Assembly: GCF_006345805.1 (NCBI RefSeq)
Contig: NC_043009.1
Span: forward strand, 19,406,001 to 19,470,000
Source of the DNA: Octopus sinensis
Taxonomy: Eukaryota
Direction of reading: 5' to 3'
DNA length: 64,000 nucleotides
Shown here one piece after another: positions 25,250 to 39,588 of the stretch (position 1 is the stretch's first letter; each line of letters starts with the position of its first letter). A program made the position numbers and the translations under genes. The notes beneath the pieces are model-generated. The model was not told the origin of the DNA and did not search any database. It was given only the letters and a program-made list of their open reading frames with translations.

Positions 25250-25745
25250 AAGTTTTGTTACCTAGGAGATTGGGAAGGGTGGTGGTTGCTTTGAAAGCAT
25301 AATAGCCAGTGAGAATGTTCAGGGAGTTACTCTTTCTGTTGGCAACAAAGATCTTTTCCCTTAGAGTAAAGGACAGATTGTATCACACTTGTATTAGAAC
25401 TACAATGCTGCATGATTGTGATAGATGGCCCTTGAATGTAAAAGACTTGAGAGGATTGGAAAGAAATGAAGTGAGCGTGTTCTGTTGGATGTGTAATGGA
25501 AGTGTGCATGAACGACATAGGACAAATGTGCAAGAAAGAAGACTGCATTGGTATGGATATGTGGATGAATGAGGACGGCTGTATAAAGAAGGGGCAGTCA
25601 TTAAATGTGGCTGAAATGTTGCAGAAAAAGGGAGACCCCAAAAGACCTGGTCACAAAGTGGTGAGGGCTGACCTTAGGACCTTGAACTTCATAGAGGAGA
25701 TGTCAAAAGAGGATGACTAGCAATATGCTGTTCTTGAGAAGACTT
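25250..25745 (+). mobile_element. RTE-clade LINE 3' ORF fragment
   Basis: FRELLFLLATKIFSLRVKDRLYHTCIRTTMLHDCDRW...LERNEVS...WMCN...QERRLHWYG. Confidence 0.8.
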
Positions 25746-26991
25746 AGCCACCTTGATGAAACTGGGTTCTGGTAAAGCCACGTGTATGCACAACTGGGTC
25801 CTTTTCCCAATTTCCTTCCCCTTCAAGACACCCATCATCTCCCTAACTTCAGTTCTTCCTTCTTACCATTTACTTTTCTTACTACCCAGAACCATTTCAC
25901 TTGTTATCCATCCTTCATTCATTAATATTGTCATCTTCACCTCCACCTCCCAACGTGTCACCTCATTATCTCTCCTCTCCTCTCCATCACCATATGTCTC
26001 ACCCTCCTCATACACTCCACCTACCTTCCTCTCTTTTCCATTCCCTCCTGTAATTTACCCAAACATCATCTCATCTCTCTTTCATCTTTCTCCTCTCTAT
26101 CATCTTTTCTATTCTGTTACACTGCGCTATCAGACATCTACTCCCTCCTCACATTCCTATCCCTCTCGTACCCTGATGGTCCACCCTGACCCTTCATCAC
26201 CACTATGTTTATCAGTCCCCAGCACCACCCAACCACTCCCATCCTCTCTTCTAAAATATGAGTCAAGTCATCCAGCTCTTCTTCAGCAAGAAGCAATTTC
26301 TACTCAGGCCCTTTCCCTCATATTTTATCCCTCTTTACTCTTCGTATAAAGTTGACCCCTCAGGATTCATAGTCTTGCAAGCTGCATGGGGATCTCACAT
26401 GTGCTGGTGGCATAAAAAAAAAGGCCCCCAGCATACACAGTAAAAAGGAAGGGCATCCAGCTGTGGAAACCATGCCAAAATGGACGGTGGAGCAAAATGC
26501 AGTCCTCGGGCTCATCACATCCCCCCAAACTGTTCAACCCTTGCCAATAAGGAGCACGGATGTTAAGGATGAGACCTATGTATATATGTGTGTGTGTGTG
26601 TACACATGTAATGTATATATGTAGACAAACTGTTGCATTCATGATCACAAGATCATGGTTTCAATTCCTAGACCGGGTGGTGCGTTGGCACCACCCGGTC
26701 TAGGAATTGAAACAAAATTGAGCAAAACACTTCATCTCACATTGCTTTGCAATCACTTTGACACCTGACGTGTCGTACACCGTGCACCTGTTCACGTAAT
26801 GTCGATTTGACAGACAGAGTGAGCTGACGGACAGTTGATCGCTCTGCACAAAACGTTTCTGCAGATTGTTCAGTAAGGATTTGTAGAACTGTCTTTCTTG
26901 GATTACGAGAGACTGTCATATCTCTCTATCCATCTCTCTCTCTATCTATCTATCTATCTCTATCTATATATATGTGTGTGTGTGTTTATAT

Positions 26992-27034
<43 letters not shown>

Positions 27035-27095
27035 TACAGATATGCTGATGCAAAGAGGAAAAATAGAACTCAAAATATGAGTATATGTATAGTTT

Positions 27096-27235
27096 TATTA
27101 ATCTTTAGCAGAAGCAACAAAGTGATATATAAGGGTTGAGAGATTCATACATTGGCACTTACCAAAGTTGATAAGTGCCAATGCACGGAATTCTCGGCCC
27201 TTGAGTCACTCTGTTGCTTCTGCTAAAGATTAATA
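27096..27235. repeat. Imperfect ~65-bp-arm hairpin, MITE-like
   Basis: tattaatctttagcagaagcaaca...cattggcactta / taagtgccaatg...tgttgcttctgctaaagattaata, with a 10-nt loop. Confidence 0.75.
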
Positions 27236-27698
27236 TATATATATATATATGTATATATGTATATGAGCTCTCTCTCATATGTATGCATGCATGCACACAC
27301 ACACACACTCACAGGCCTCTGCACATCTTCTATTCAGCACAAAGCTTGGATTGACCTGAGCCTACTGTAAAAGATGTTTGCCACATGGGACATAGGGATT
27401 GAACCTGGCATTATGTGCTTGCAAATTACCCTCTCAACTTTTATGGAAAGTGTTTTAATATAATGGAACCCAATGCTATTGTTAGTATTATTATTAAGGC
27501 AGTGAGCTGGCAGATTCGTTACCAACGCTTAAATGGCATTTTGTCTATCTGTACGTTCAGAGTTCAAATTCCACCAAGGTTGACACTGCCTTTCATCCTT
27601 TCAGGATCAAGACAATAAATACCAGTTGAGCAGTGGGGTTATTGTAATCCACTAGTACCTTCCCCCAAAATTTGCTGGACTTGTACTAAAATGTGAAA

Positions 27699-27735
<37 letters not shown>

Positions 27736-27870
27736 CATTATTATCATCATTATAATTATTATTATCATCATCATCATTATAATTATCATTACTATTATTA
27801 TTATTATTATTATTATCATTATTATCATTATAATTATTATTATCATCATCATCATTATAATTATCATTAC

Positions 27871-27921
<51 letters not shown>

Positions 27922-27962
27922 CATCATCATCATTATAATTATCATTACTATTATTATTATTA

Positions 27963-28337
27963 CTTTTTTTTTCTTCTTTCAAATTTGCTACCATTTCTTG
28001 CCGAGTGTCTTCCCGACTCCTAGGGCAAAGAAACTCATAGTATACATTGGTAGGCCATTAAACCAAACTCAGTAGTTCGTTCATTTTTTTTTTTTTTTTT
28101 TTAAGTTAAATTAAAATACATGAGCAGCAACAGTTCTCACATCGACAATGCTCTTCTCAATACGTGTGATGTACCAGTTAAGACAATCTTTTGCACTTCT
28201 TGCAAGGATGGTAAGCCAGGGATCATTCTCATATAATTTTCGGTTCCCTTCTTGATCATTCCTAGTGCTCCTACGATCACTGTAACTGCCTTGAGATGCC
28301 ACATTTTCTCAATTTCAATGAGTAGGTCTTTATATTT
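27963..28337 (-). mobile_element. 3' end of an R4/Dong-type (RLE) non-LTR retrotransposon embedded in (TAA)n arrays
   Basis: Minus strand KYKDLLIEIEKMWHLKAVTVIVGALGMIKKGTENYMRMIPGLPSLQEVQKIVLTGTSHVLRRALSM*. Flanked by (ATT/ATC)n at 27694-27962 and 28340-28462. Confidence 0.75.
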
Positions 28338-28412
28338 TCATTACTATTATTATTATTATTATCATTAATATTATTATTATTATTATCATCATCATTAGAA
28401 TTATTATTATTA

Positions 28413-28461
<49 letters not shown>

Positions 28462-28599
28462 CCTTAGAAATTCGAAGCTTATCCTTTTAATGTCATTATT
28501 CAAACATACATTTTATTTATTGTTGATATTTACTTATTTTTCTTGCTGCTGCTGTTAACCGCTTTCAATGCCATTTGATACAAGGGCCTCTCTATATTA

Positions 28600-29068
28600 C
28601 TATATATACGTGTGTGTCTGTCTGTGTGTGTGTGCATGTGTATATATGTATATATATGCATATACATATAATGTCTATATATATATATATATATTTATAT
28701 TCATATAATGTATATACATACATATGTGTATGTATATATATATAATGTGTTTGTGTGTGTGTATGTATGTATATATATATATATTTATATATGCGTGTAT
28801 ACATACATACACACATACATAGTACATATATATGATGAACTAACTGTTTCTCAGATGCAGCACGGATTTTTGTCAGTGAACAGGTCGCGGATTTTAGCGA
28901 CGAAAATATTTTGACAAATTAAACTTAAATGTTGAAGTGAATCGAATGGCTTTTGTGTGTTTCTTAAATGGCTTACAAACACCTTCCACGCTGCAATTGT
29001 TTATATATATATATATATCTATATATATATATACATATATATATAATGTATATATATTTATATAATGA

Positions 29069-29102
<34 letters not shown>

Positions 29103-30355
29103 GCATATATATAAGTATGTATGTATGTATGTATGCATATATATATGTATGTATGCATATATATATGTGTATGTATGTATGTATGTATGTATGTATGCAT
29201 ATATATATGTATGTATGTATGCATATATATATGTATATGTATGCATATATATATGTATATGTATGCATATATATAATGTATGTATATATATATATATATA
29301 TAATGTATGTATATATATAATGTATGTGTATATATGTATATATATATATATATAATTTATATATATGTAATGTATATATATATATATACGTAATGTATGT
29401 ATATATATAATATATGTATATATGTATAATGTATATATATGTATAAGGTATATATATATGTATATAATGTATATATATATATAATGTATGTATATGTGTA
29501 TATTTCTGTGTATGTATATAATATACATATATGTGTGTATATATATAATGTGTGTATATATATATAATGTATATATATATCTAATGTGTATATATGTATA
29601 TATATGACTATATGTGTGTATATATATGTATATATGATGTGTATATATATATATAATGTGTATATATATTATGTATATGTACATTATATTATGTAAATAT
29701 ACTTTATATTATGTATTACATATATATATGTATATATAGTATATATATGATGTATGTATACATATATATGTATGTGTGTGTATATATATATGCATATATA
29801 TAATGTATGTTATATATATATATATATTATATATGCATATATATAATGTGTATAATATATATATAATATATATCTATATATATATATATATATGCATATT
29901 ATAATGTGTGTATATATATATATATAATATGTATATATATATTTCTATATGTAATGTATGTGTTTATATATATATGTATATATATGTGTATGTATATATA
30001 TATATTATATATATATATATTAGTATATATATATATACATATGTATGTATTTGTCCCTTCCTTCCTTCCTTCAAAATGCTGAGTAGATGAAACGGGGCAA
30101 CTGATGAAGGGAATATTCTTTATGAGGGGTGTCCTGTTTCTCTGTTTGCTTCATTCATTGTTCATTTTCTTCTGTTTTTTTTTTGTATGTTCTAGTTTCT
30201 CATTTTGTCTACGTTTTTTTATATCCTCTACTCATATATGCATATATATACATACATATATATGTAGGTATATACATATGTGTATGTATATATGCATATT
30301 TATATATCATTTATATGATATATATATATTATGTATTTATATATATATATATATA

Positions 30356-30398
<43 letters not shown>

Positions 30399-30462
30399 TA
30401 TTATGCATATATATGTATATATGCATATTTATATATCATTTATATGATATATATATATTATG

Positions 30463-30498
<36 letters not shown>

Positions 30499-30550
30499 GT
30501 ATATTATATATAATGTATATATATATATATAATGTATATATATATATATA

Positions 30551-30599
<49 letters not shown>

Positions 30600-30672
30600 G
30601 TGCATATTTATGCATATATATGTATATATGCATATTATATATCATTTATATGATATATATATATTATGTATT

Positions 30673-30703
<31 letters not shown>

Positions 30704-30704
30704 A

Positions 30705-30747
<43 letters not shown>

Positions 30748-30905
30748 ATGTATATATACATATACCTGATATATATATATATATATATATATATTATGTA
30801 TTATATATATAATATATATAATGTATATATATATAATGTATATATATATAATGTATATATATATATATAATGTATATATATATGTATATATATTTATATA
30901 TAATG

Positions 30906-30939
<34 letters not shown>

Positions 30940-31049
30940 TATTATGTATTTATATATATATTTTTGTATATATTATATATGTATATATATATATTATATA
31001 TTATATATATGTATATATATTATTGTGTATATGTATATATAATATATAT

Positions 31050-31082
<33 letters not shown>

Positions 31083-31339
31083 GTTTAATGCATATTATGT
31101 ATGTACCTGTATATATATATATATATGATGATATGTATATATATATTATGTATATGTATATATTTATATATTTATATATATATATCAATTATGTATATTT
31201 AATGCATATATATTATGTATGTATCTGTATATATATATATGATGATATGTTTATATATATATGTATATGTATGTATATATATGTATGTATCTTTATATAT
31301 ATATATATGATGATATGTATATATATATATGATGATATG

Positions 31340-31399
<60 letters not shown>

Positions 31400-32256
31400 T
31401 TGTATATGTATGTATATATATTATGTATATGTATGTATATATATGTGTATATATTATGTATATGTATGTATATATATGTATATATATTATATATAATATA
31501 TGTATATATATGTATATATTATATTATATATATATATGTATATATTATATATATATATATGTATATATATTATTATATATATTATATATATATATTATAT
31601 ATATATATTATATATTATATATATATATATTAATATATATATGTATATATTATATATATATATATATGTATATATATTATTTATATATATTATATATATA
31701 TGTATTATATATATATATATTGTATATATCTATATAATATATATATATATTATGCTTATATATTATATATATATATTATGTATATATATATATTGTATAT
31801 ATCTATATAATATATATATATTATGTATATATATTATATATATATATATATATTATGTATATATATATATATTGTATATATCTATATAATATATATATTA
31901 TTATGTATATATTATATATATATATATATTATGTATATATATATATTATATTATTCATATATATTATGTATATATTATATATGTATATATATATTATGTA
32001 TATATATTATATATATACATATATTATGTATGTATATATTATATATATTATGTGTATATATATTATGTATATATATTATATATATACATATATATTATGT
32101 ATTATATATATATTATATATATTATATATATATACATATATTATGTATGTATATATTATATATATTATTGTATATATATATTATGTATATATATTATATA
32201 TATACATATATTATGTATGTATATTATATATATTATATGTATATATATTATGTATA

Positions 32257-32301
<45 letters not shown>

Positions 32302-32410
32302 ATATATATATTATGTAATGTATGTATATATATATATATATTTGCATACATACATATATATGTATGTATGTATATATATACATGCATATATATGTATGTA
32401 TGTATATGAT
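28600..32410. repeat. Very long compound (TA)n/(TATG)n microsatellite array
   Basis: Directly visible; interrupted by non-TA islands at ~28835-28995 and ~30050-30230. Confidence 0.98.
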
Positions 32411-32737
32411 ATCTATGAAGCAAACAGCTTAAACTTTCGTATGTTTTTTTTTTTAAATATTTGTTTTGTTATTTTCTTGAAACATTTCCATGTCACTGAA
32501 TATCTTTGTTCACAATTGTTTATATAATTACTTTCTGAAAATCCCTGAAACTAAATTATGACCAGACAGGTTTCAAGCCAAACTGTAATAAATGTTCAGT
32601 TAATTTTTCATAATTCCATTTGCAAAAATATTCTTGTGTTTTGATTGTTGCAAGGAATGGTGATATAATCTTCATTGCTGTAGTGTGCACAAAATCGCCC
32701 TTTATCTGGTCTTAACCAGATGTTTCTTGACTTGTAG

Positions 32738-32941
32738 GCTGTAGCTGTACATTGCCTTATGGGAAGAGGTCGGACAGGCTGTATGCTGGCTTGCTATTTT
32801 GTGAAGGAATGGGAACTGCCTGCCGAAGATGCACTTCGCTACGTGAGGGAATTGAGGCCCGGTTCCATTCAGACTAGAGTACAAGCTGATGTCGTACGGA
32901 AATTTGAGGAAAATTTCAAAGGAGCTCGCGGTATAACATAA
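32738..32941 (+). CDS. DUSP23: DUSP23-like terminal exon A (AVAVHCLMGRGRTGCMLACYFVKEWELPAEDALRYVRELRPGSIQTRVQADVVRKFEENFKGARGIT*); spliced product 179 aa
   Basis: Branch-like cttaac at 32711-32716 and acceptor cttgtAG|GCT, phase 0. Intact HCx5R P-loop and RxxRPGS motif; TAA at 32939-32941; AATAAA follows at 33069 and 33102. Confidence 0.93.
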   Translation, partial: AVAVHCLMGRGRTGCMLACYFVKEWELPAEDALRYVRELRPGSIQTRVQADVVRKFEENFKGARGIT

Positions 32942-33068
32942 AGCTGTGTATATTAGTTGTTAGGACTTTTACTGATTTTTTCCAAGGAACCCATGGGATA
33001 ACATAACGCTATGTGTGTTAGATGCTAGGATACACTTTTTTTTTTGACTGATTTTTTTCAAAAAAAAT

Positions 33069-33107
33069 AATAAAAGGAGAAAAAAATGAAAATGAGATTT
33101 GAATAAA
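33069..33107 (+). terminator. Candidate polyadenylation signals for terminal exon A
   Basis: AATAAA at 33069-33074 and 33102-33107, about 130-165 nt after the exon A stop. The context is A-rich, so chance occurrence is possible. Confidence 0.45.
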
Positions 33108-34711
33108 AACTGACAAACTTCACATGTAAGGCTTCACATCATATCTTGTATGCGAATGTTTGAGTTCTGAAATGGACCTTGTTCTTCAAAAGAATGAGTA
33201 AATTAAAAAAAAAAAATGAGACATCATGTGTTGAGGCTTTTTGAAGCTAAGTGCTTAAAAAACAGGAAAATAAAAGCCAGAAAGAAAAAATACTAAATCT
33301 ACAACAGAAGCACTTTGGTAAATGTAAATTAATCTATTTTATTTTTATTGGAAAAAGGTTTGTGAGATGTTTTTTATTTCTGTCCAAAGTTTTCTTCAGA
33401 AATTCAACTTAGTGGTGCATCCTTTGTTGAATTTTATTTTCAGCAAAATCAGGGAATTTCTGGAATGGTTTCAGTTATAAATATGTGTGTGTGTGCCTGT
33501 AAATATATGTATATAACTACATATATCTATGTATGACTGTGTATATTTGTGTGCGTGCCTATATATATATATATACACACACACGTGTGTGTATGTATGT
33601 GTGTCTATATGTATACTTTTTCTTTTTGGAATTTTAGTGTGTATTTGAACTGGTCACTTGTTCTGTGCATGTATAAATGCATGTGTGTGTGTATACATAC
33701 ATGTATATACATAAATGCATGTATGTGTGTGCACACATATATATCTTTATATATGCACACACACATGCATGTGTGTGTATGTGTCTGCATGTACATATGT
33801 ATATATGTATGTATATATAAATTAATATATATGTATGTACACATGCAAAATATATTTAACAGTAGATAAATTATTGTTAGCTGCACCCATTAAAGCTGTC
33901 TAATTATCAATTAAACTAAAATATTTCTTGCCAAAATCTAGTTCAGGAATCCTAGAAACATAATTATTTTCCTGAATTAACATTTAAATTAGTAAATTTA
34001 AGTCTTTGTTCTTTCAGCGGAATATCTTAATCTTTAACTCATAATATTAGTAATTTTTTTTTCTTCGCAGAACATAAATTAATTTGTAAATGTAATTAAC
34101 AAAACAAAAATTTAAAAATTAAAAAAAACCCAAATTACATTTTAAAATTTATTTCTTCAGGCCTTTTTTAAAAATTTGATGTTTACTAAATAGAAAATTC
34201 TTTTGGAAGTTTTGAGGTTGAAAGTTGTGTTTCTTTGGTCTGAATATTTTAACTTATTTCATTAAGAAATTTCTCAAAAAATACCAGTAAAATGGTATCT
34301 TCTGATTTTATACGATCTCAGTCCATTAACAATTAACTTAAAAGTATTGATTTAATTGTAAGGTATATTATTTTTTTAAATATATGTTCTAATTAATGTT
34401 ATCATTTTATTCTATAATTGTTGTTTCTTTAAATGATTTTTCCCAAGTTGCTGTTTTTGGAATTTTGCTTTCTGTGATTCTTTTGAATATTTTTCATGCT
34501 GAGAGATGAAAAAAAAAAAATAAGAGCCCCAAAATTTTAACTTTGAAAGGAAACTTTTATTGTTTTTCTTTATTTGGAAACTATAAATGGCTCCATGCAT
34601 TGGAATTCTTCATGATTTAAATATGAGGGAGCCATTATGTGTTCCTTTTGTTGAACATGCATAAATGGGGACACACACATGGACCCAGAGACACAAGCAT
34701 ATGACACACAG

Positions 34712-34830
<119 letters not shown>

Positions 34831-35035
34831 ATAAGCAAGCAACTGCTTATCACACACATGTGTACCCTCTCATTATCTCTCTCTTCTTTGTGTGAATAAT
34901 GATATAAACACCATTAGGAAGATCAGCTGACTCTAAAAAATATATATAACTGATTTAAAATTATATTTAGATTTAAAAAAACCTTTTTTGAATTCACAAA
35001 ATAATTATCAAATAACTGATTTGAAGAAAGTAATA

Positions 35036-35092
<57 letters not shown>

Positions 35093-37522
35093 GCTTGTAC
35101 ATGCTAATTTAATTAGCCAGAATTTTTGTCTTGAGGTTTGGTGACAAGATGTCTTGTCAAACCTCAAGGACCTTCCTTATTATTATTATCATCATTAAAA
35201 TGAAAAATCTTGCTAAGATATAAAAGGAAATGAGAAAAAAACCCCAAAATACAGTCTGTTAGGTGGTAGTCAAACCTTGATTGTTTGGTAATTAAGTGCC
35301 ATGAAATGCCACCAAAAATGAATTCAAAGTCAAAAGTTCCAATGGAAATAATTTCAGAAAGATATATGTCAGAGTTAATTAAATTTTAAGAAAATATATT
35401 TATTAATAATATTCATTTCACTCTGTAAATGGGTGAAAGAGCAAGAAGAAAAAAAGAGGAGATAGATAATAAAACTAAACCAAGAAATTTAAATTGCAAA
35501 ATCAGTCCAGCTTTGAGGCGAAGCTAACGTTAACAGTTTATTCTGCTAAAATAAATGGTGCATATATAATGAAAGTGACTTTGAAGTCATCTAAAATGGG
35601 AAATCAAAGTAAAAAAAAAAAAGCATCTTTGCTTATATCAAATATGAAAAGTGATTTTTTTTCTTTTTCATCAAGGACATGATCACATCGCAGTTCAACT
35701 GTAACAACAATACTTTAGTATTTCTGCTATGTTGCAGTCCATTGTGCAGTATGTTAACATTATGTGCAGCAGAAGGCTGGTGCACATTGCTGACAAATGA
35801 TCTTAACAAGAGCAGGTTTGCAGAGGAATTATACTTTTTAGTGTAAAATGGGTGAATGTGTATTTTCTCAGAGGAAGTTGTCCTGTTACTAGTTATTGGA
35901 GAGTTTAGAACAAGGAGTATTCCATGTGGAGTATCATCTCATCAGAGTCTCCATTAATAACAAAATGGACAAAGGCTTTTTAGAATATATCTTCTTTAAC
36001 TTCATCAAATGGAGTGTTCTTGTTGCTTGTTACTGGAGAGTTTGGAACAAGGAATGCTCCATGCAGAGAACTCATCCATCAGAGTTTCCAGTCATTTTTT
36101 AAAAAACAATATTCCTGAGTGTAAGTTTCTTACACATGGAGATTTACACAAGTTGAATAACAACGAAGATTTTGGTGAGACATTCTCTGAAAAGAGAGTC
36201 TTTGAATAGGAGAAGTGGGTGATGCTAAGAAATGGCTATCAAACTCAAACTACAAGAAAGAACTGGATTAATGGCACTATATATTGAGTCTTAACTGGTA
36301 AATAAACGAGAATAGTTGATTGCATATTGAGAGATCTAGGCGTGAGCCTAGCTTGTATTCCTTGTTTTTACCTTTTTAGTAAAGAATACTCCAAATGGCA
36401 GTGAGATTTATATTGAAAATATTCACCGATATTTACTGCTAGAAATATATTCCTCCTCCTCTTATCATGAAGGCCCCTACCTTTGTTCAAAATAGTTGTA
36501 CCAACCTTCTTTTCCACATAGTAATAATTTCTGTTTGTCTTGTCTCTCAACTCTATAAATTATGTTAAACGGTAACCAATGGCAAACACTTTAATGAATG
36601 ACTACCCATTGTTGCTTTTGTGGTTATTGTAATCAAACTCCAAATACTTTAGCATGTCCCACACATCAAGAACATACAATACAACTTAGAATATATTTAG
36701 TTTCCCAACAAAGAATACTGAAATTATATTTTATATTAAATTGGAGGAGGACAAAACAAATATAAAAAAGGCAAAACCCCTGAAATTTTTACTTTAATTT
36801 TAAATAACATTTATTTTAGATAAATAATTGTATAAACTTCGAAGATTAAAATAAAATGAATATTTAAAAGTTTGCTGTAAGTTCAGTCACAACTTCTTTA
36901 TAACAAAATTTTAGCAGATTTTAAGTTTGTGTAACGTTATTTATGTGGCTCTTTGTAATTAAAATTGGTTGCATGTTTATAAGTTGGGGCTCTTACTAAG
37001 CAGCAGCTTGTTATGGAAGTTTAAACCCTAGAAAATAAAGTGAGAGGCTGATATATGTATATAATATAGTGAATAAATATTGTGTAATCCATTAAAACTA
37101 CATCTTATAGATGAAAAGGAAAATCATTAGTGTTAATGATAATTCATGTCAAGGAAAGTAAGGGAGACAAATCTCAAATCTAAATTGATTAAAAATTAAA
37201 TGTGGACATGCAGTGGTGAGTGAATCTGATCTTTTGTACATGAAAAGAGATAACGTCAAACATATTTCTGTTTTATTAGTCCTCCTCAGTAAAACATTTT
37301 CAATCTTCCTTACCAGACTTTAGAATGACTGTGACAATGATAAGTTTTTCACTGAAAAAAAAGTTCATTAATTTAGTAGTGAACAAAAAATGATGGAAAA
37401 TTTGCTAGAAATGTCTTCTGTGAGAAGACTACATAGTTAACTGGTAACTAATGTTTTTAATTTGGTGAGCCTAAAACACAGAATGTGGTTAGGTGGTGTT
37501 TATTACTATCAAAGCAGTTTCC

Positions 37523-37558
<36 letters not shown>

Positions 37559-39533
37559 ATATATGAAGTGCCTGTCCCTGTGCATACACACTGCACACAG
37601 TGCGCATAATAAAGTGCACACACCTGTTTATGATCATGCGGACACTGACTTTATTAATCATTCGTTCTGTTAATTATTGGTCACCGCTTCGGTTCTGTTT
37701 ATTACTGGAATGTTTTGTAGCAGTGTTTATTTTTTCAGGAATAAAATATACTTTCTGGTTTTGCTTTATTGATTGAGAAAAAAAAACAAACAAACAACAC
37801 ACACACACATGCACACACACACACAGGGGCAAGATGGAGGGAGTGGTTGCCCTGTAGACTTCTGTTGTATTGTTTTTATTTTTCTAATTTCTTTATTAAA
37901 CTCTAAAGAAATGTCGATTATTTATTATCAATAAAAATGAATGAACAAGCCATTTTTAATGTTCTTTGTTGTTGGTGATGTTTGATTATTTAACAAAATT
38001 TTATTTCTGTAAATATTGTTTTGTAACTTGTATGTTTGACTTTTATAATTGCCGTGTATTTATTAAAACTTTCAAAATTATATTCTTGATGTTCAATTGC
38101 ATTAGATTTTCTCCACCAAATTCTTACTGTTTCCTTCTTTGGCATTTGTCTGTCTTTGGGACACATTAGGCAATCGGGACCAGAGCCAGAGTGGGGACAC
38201 CTCCCGGGTTTTTATTACTGATTTTCATAGTGCCACAGAAATGACATTTCCAGGGCACAAATCTAGGTTGGGTATATGGTGACCCTAGGCTTTCCATTCA
38301 CTAGAATCCTGCATCAGCTTTACAGGTGTGGTTCAAAGGAATACATAACAATATGGTTGGCACGAGTTTGATTGCACAAGTTGTTGAAACAGAGTTGAAC
38401 CAGACTATCTGTGAGGTTCTGCTCTAGATTAAGAATTAGGTCGATTCTCTAACATTTGTCTTCCCAAGAAGCGAGTCCATTAGCCATACCTGGGGACTTG
38501 TAACATTGGACAGGGGCCAATATGAGGCACTGTTAGTAGAAGCCAACTGAACACTGGACTTATGTCAGACAGGATAGTCACACTTTGAAGTTGTAGGTAG
38601 TTAGGATTGCTACCCACATCATTGTCATCATCATCACAATCATCATTTAACGTCTGTTTTCCATGCTGGCACTATAGTGCTCCAGCTGACTGCTTTGGCA
38701 TGCTTTCTACAGCTGGATGCCCTTCCTAATGCTGACCATTTTACAGAGTGTACAGTTGCTTTTTTGCAAGGCACCAGCACCAGTGCTTCATATGTAGCAC
38801 TAGCATGAGTGCATTTTATGTGGTACCAATGTGGGTACTTTTACCATGGCACCAGCACCTGTGAGCTTGCAAGACAAGGATCTCTCAGCTGAGAGAATGG
38901 GGAGAGGGAGTAGAACTGAGAGGTGAAAGCATGATAGAGGGACAGAGGTTACTATTGAGGAGATATTTGGCTACCTCAGTAGGACAAGAAAGGTGAGCAA
39001 TAGAGAAAGAGAGAGTTTGTTATTAAGGAGTGAAGAGATAAGGACTTTCCTTATGTTTTGTCAGGAGAGAGAGAGAACGTGTCTGGTGCTAGCAAATGAA
39101 CAGAGATAACAAAGGGCTGAGAGGAATATATAGTGTTTCTGGGAACAAAACAATATTACCAGTCCTGGTGTCATGATATAAATATATCCAGCAATCAGGT
39201 GATAAGATGGGCATCCAGCTGTAGAAACTGCTGGAAATGAAATGTGTAAGCAAAACAGGGTCTTTGGCCCATCTCGAAGGGCAGTAAATCTGAATAAGAA
39301 TTGAATTGGTCTTTGACAGCTTATCCAATCCATGTTGATATGGAAATGTTGGAGTAAAATTATGGTAATGATGACGATTCTGGATTGTAAAGTTTATAGA
39401 TTTATAGATGACAATTCTTCTGTTGCTTCTGATATCATCATCTTCATCATCCTGTTGAACTGTCTAACCCATACCAGCATGCAAAAACAGATGTTAAACA
39501 ATGATGATGATGCTATGTATGTATGTATATATA

Positions 39534-39588
<55 letters not shown>

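Noticed and set aside
28592-32527. Dozens of Y/I/C/M-rich ORFs of 60-208 aa
   Set aside because: Translations of the (TA)n array. The same applies to ORFs at 3575-3899, 16901-17111, 27652-27994 and 34570-34895.
32718-32737. Upstream AG at 32718-32719 as an alternative acceptor adding MFLDL-stop
   Set aside because: It lies only about 3 nt after the likely branch point, too close for normal use.
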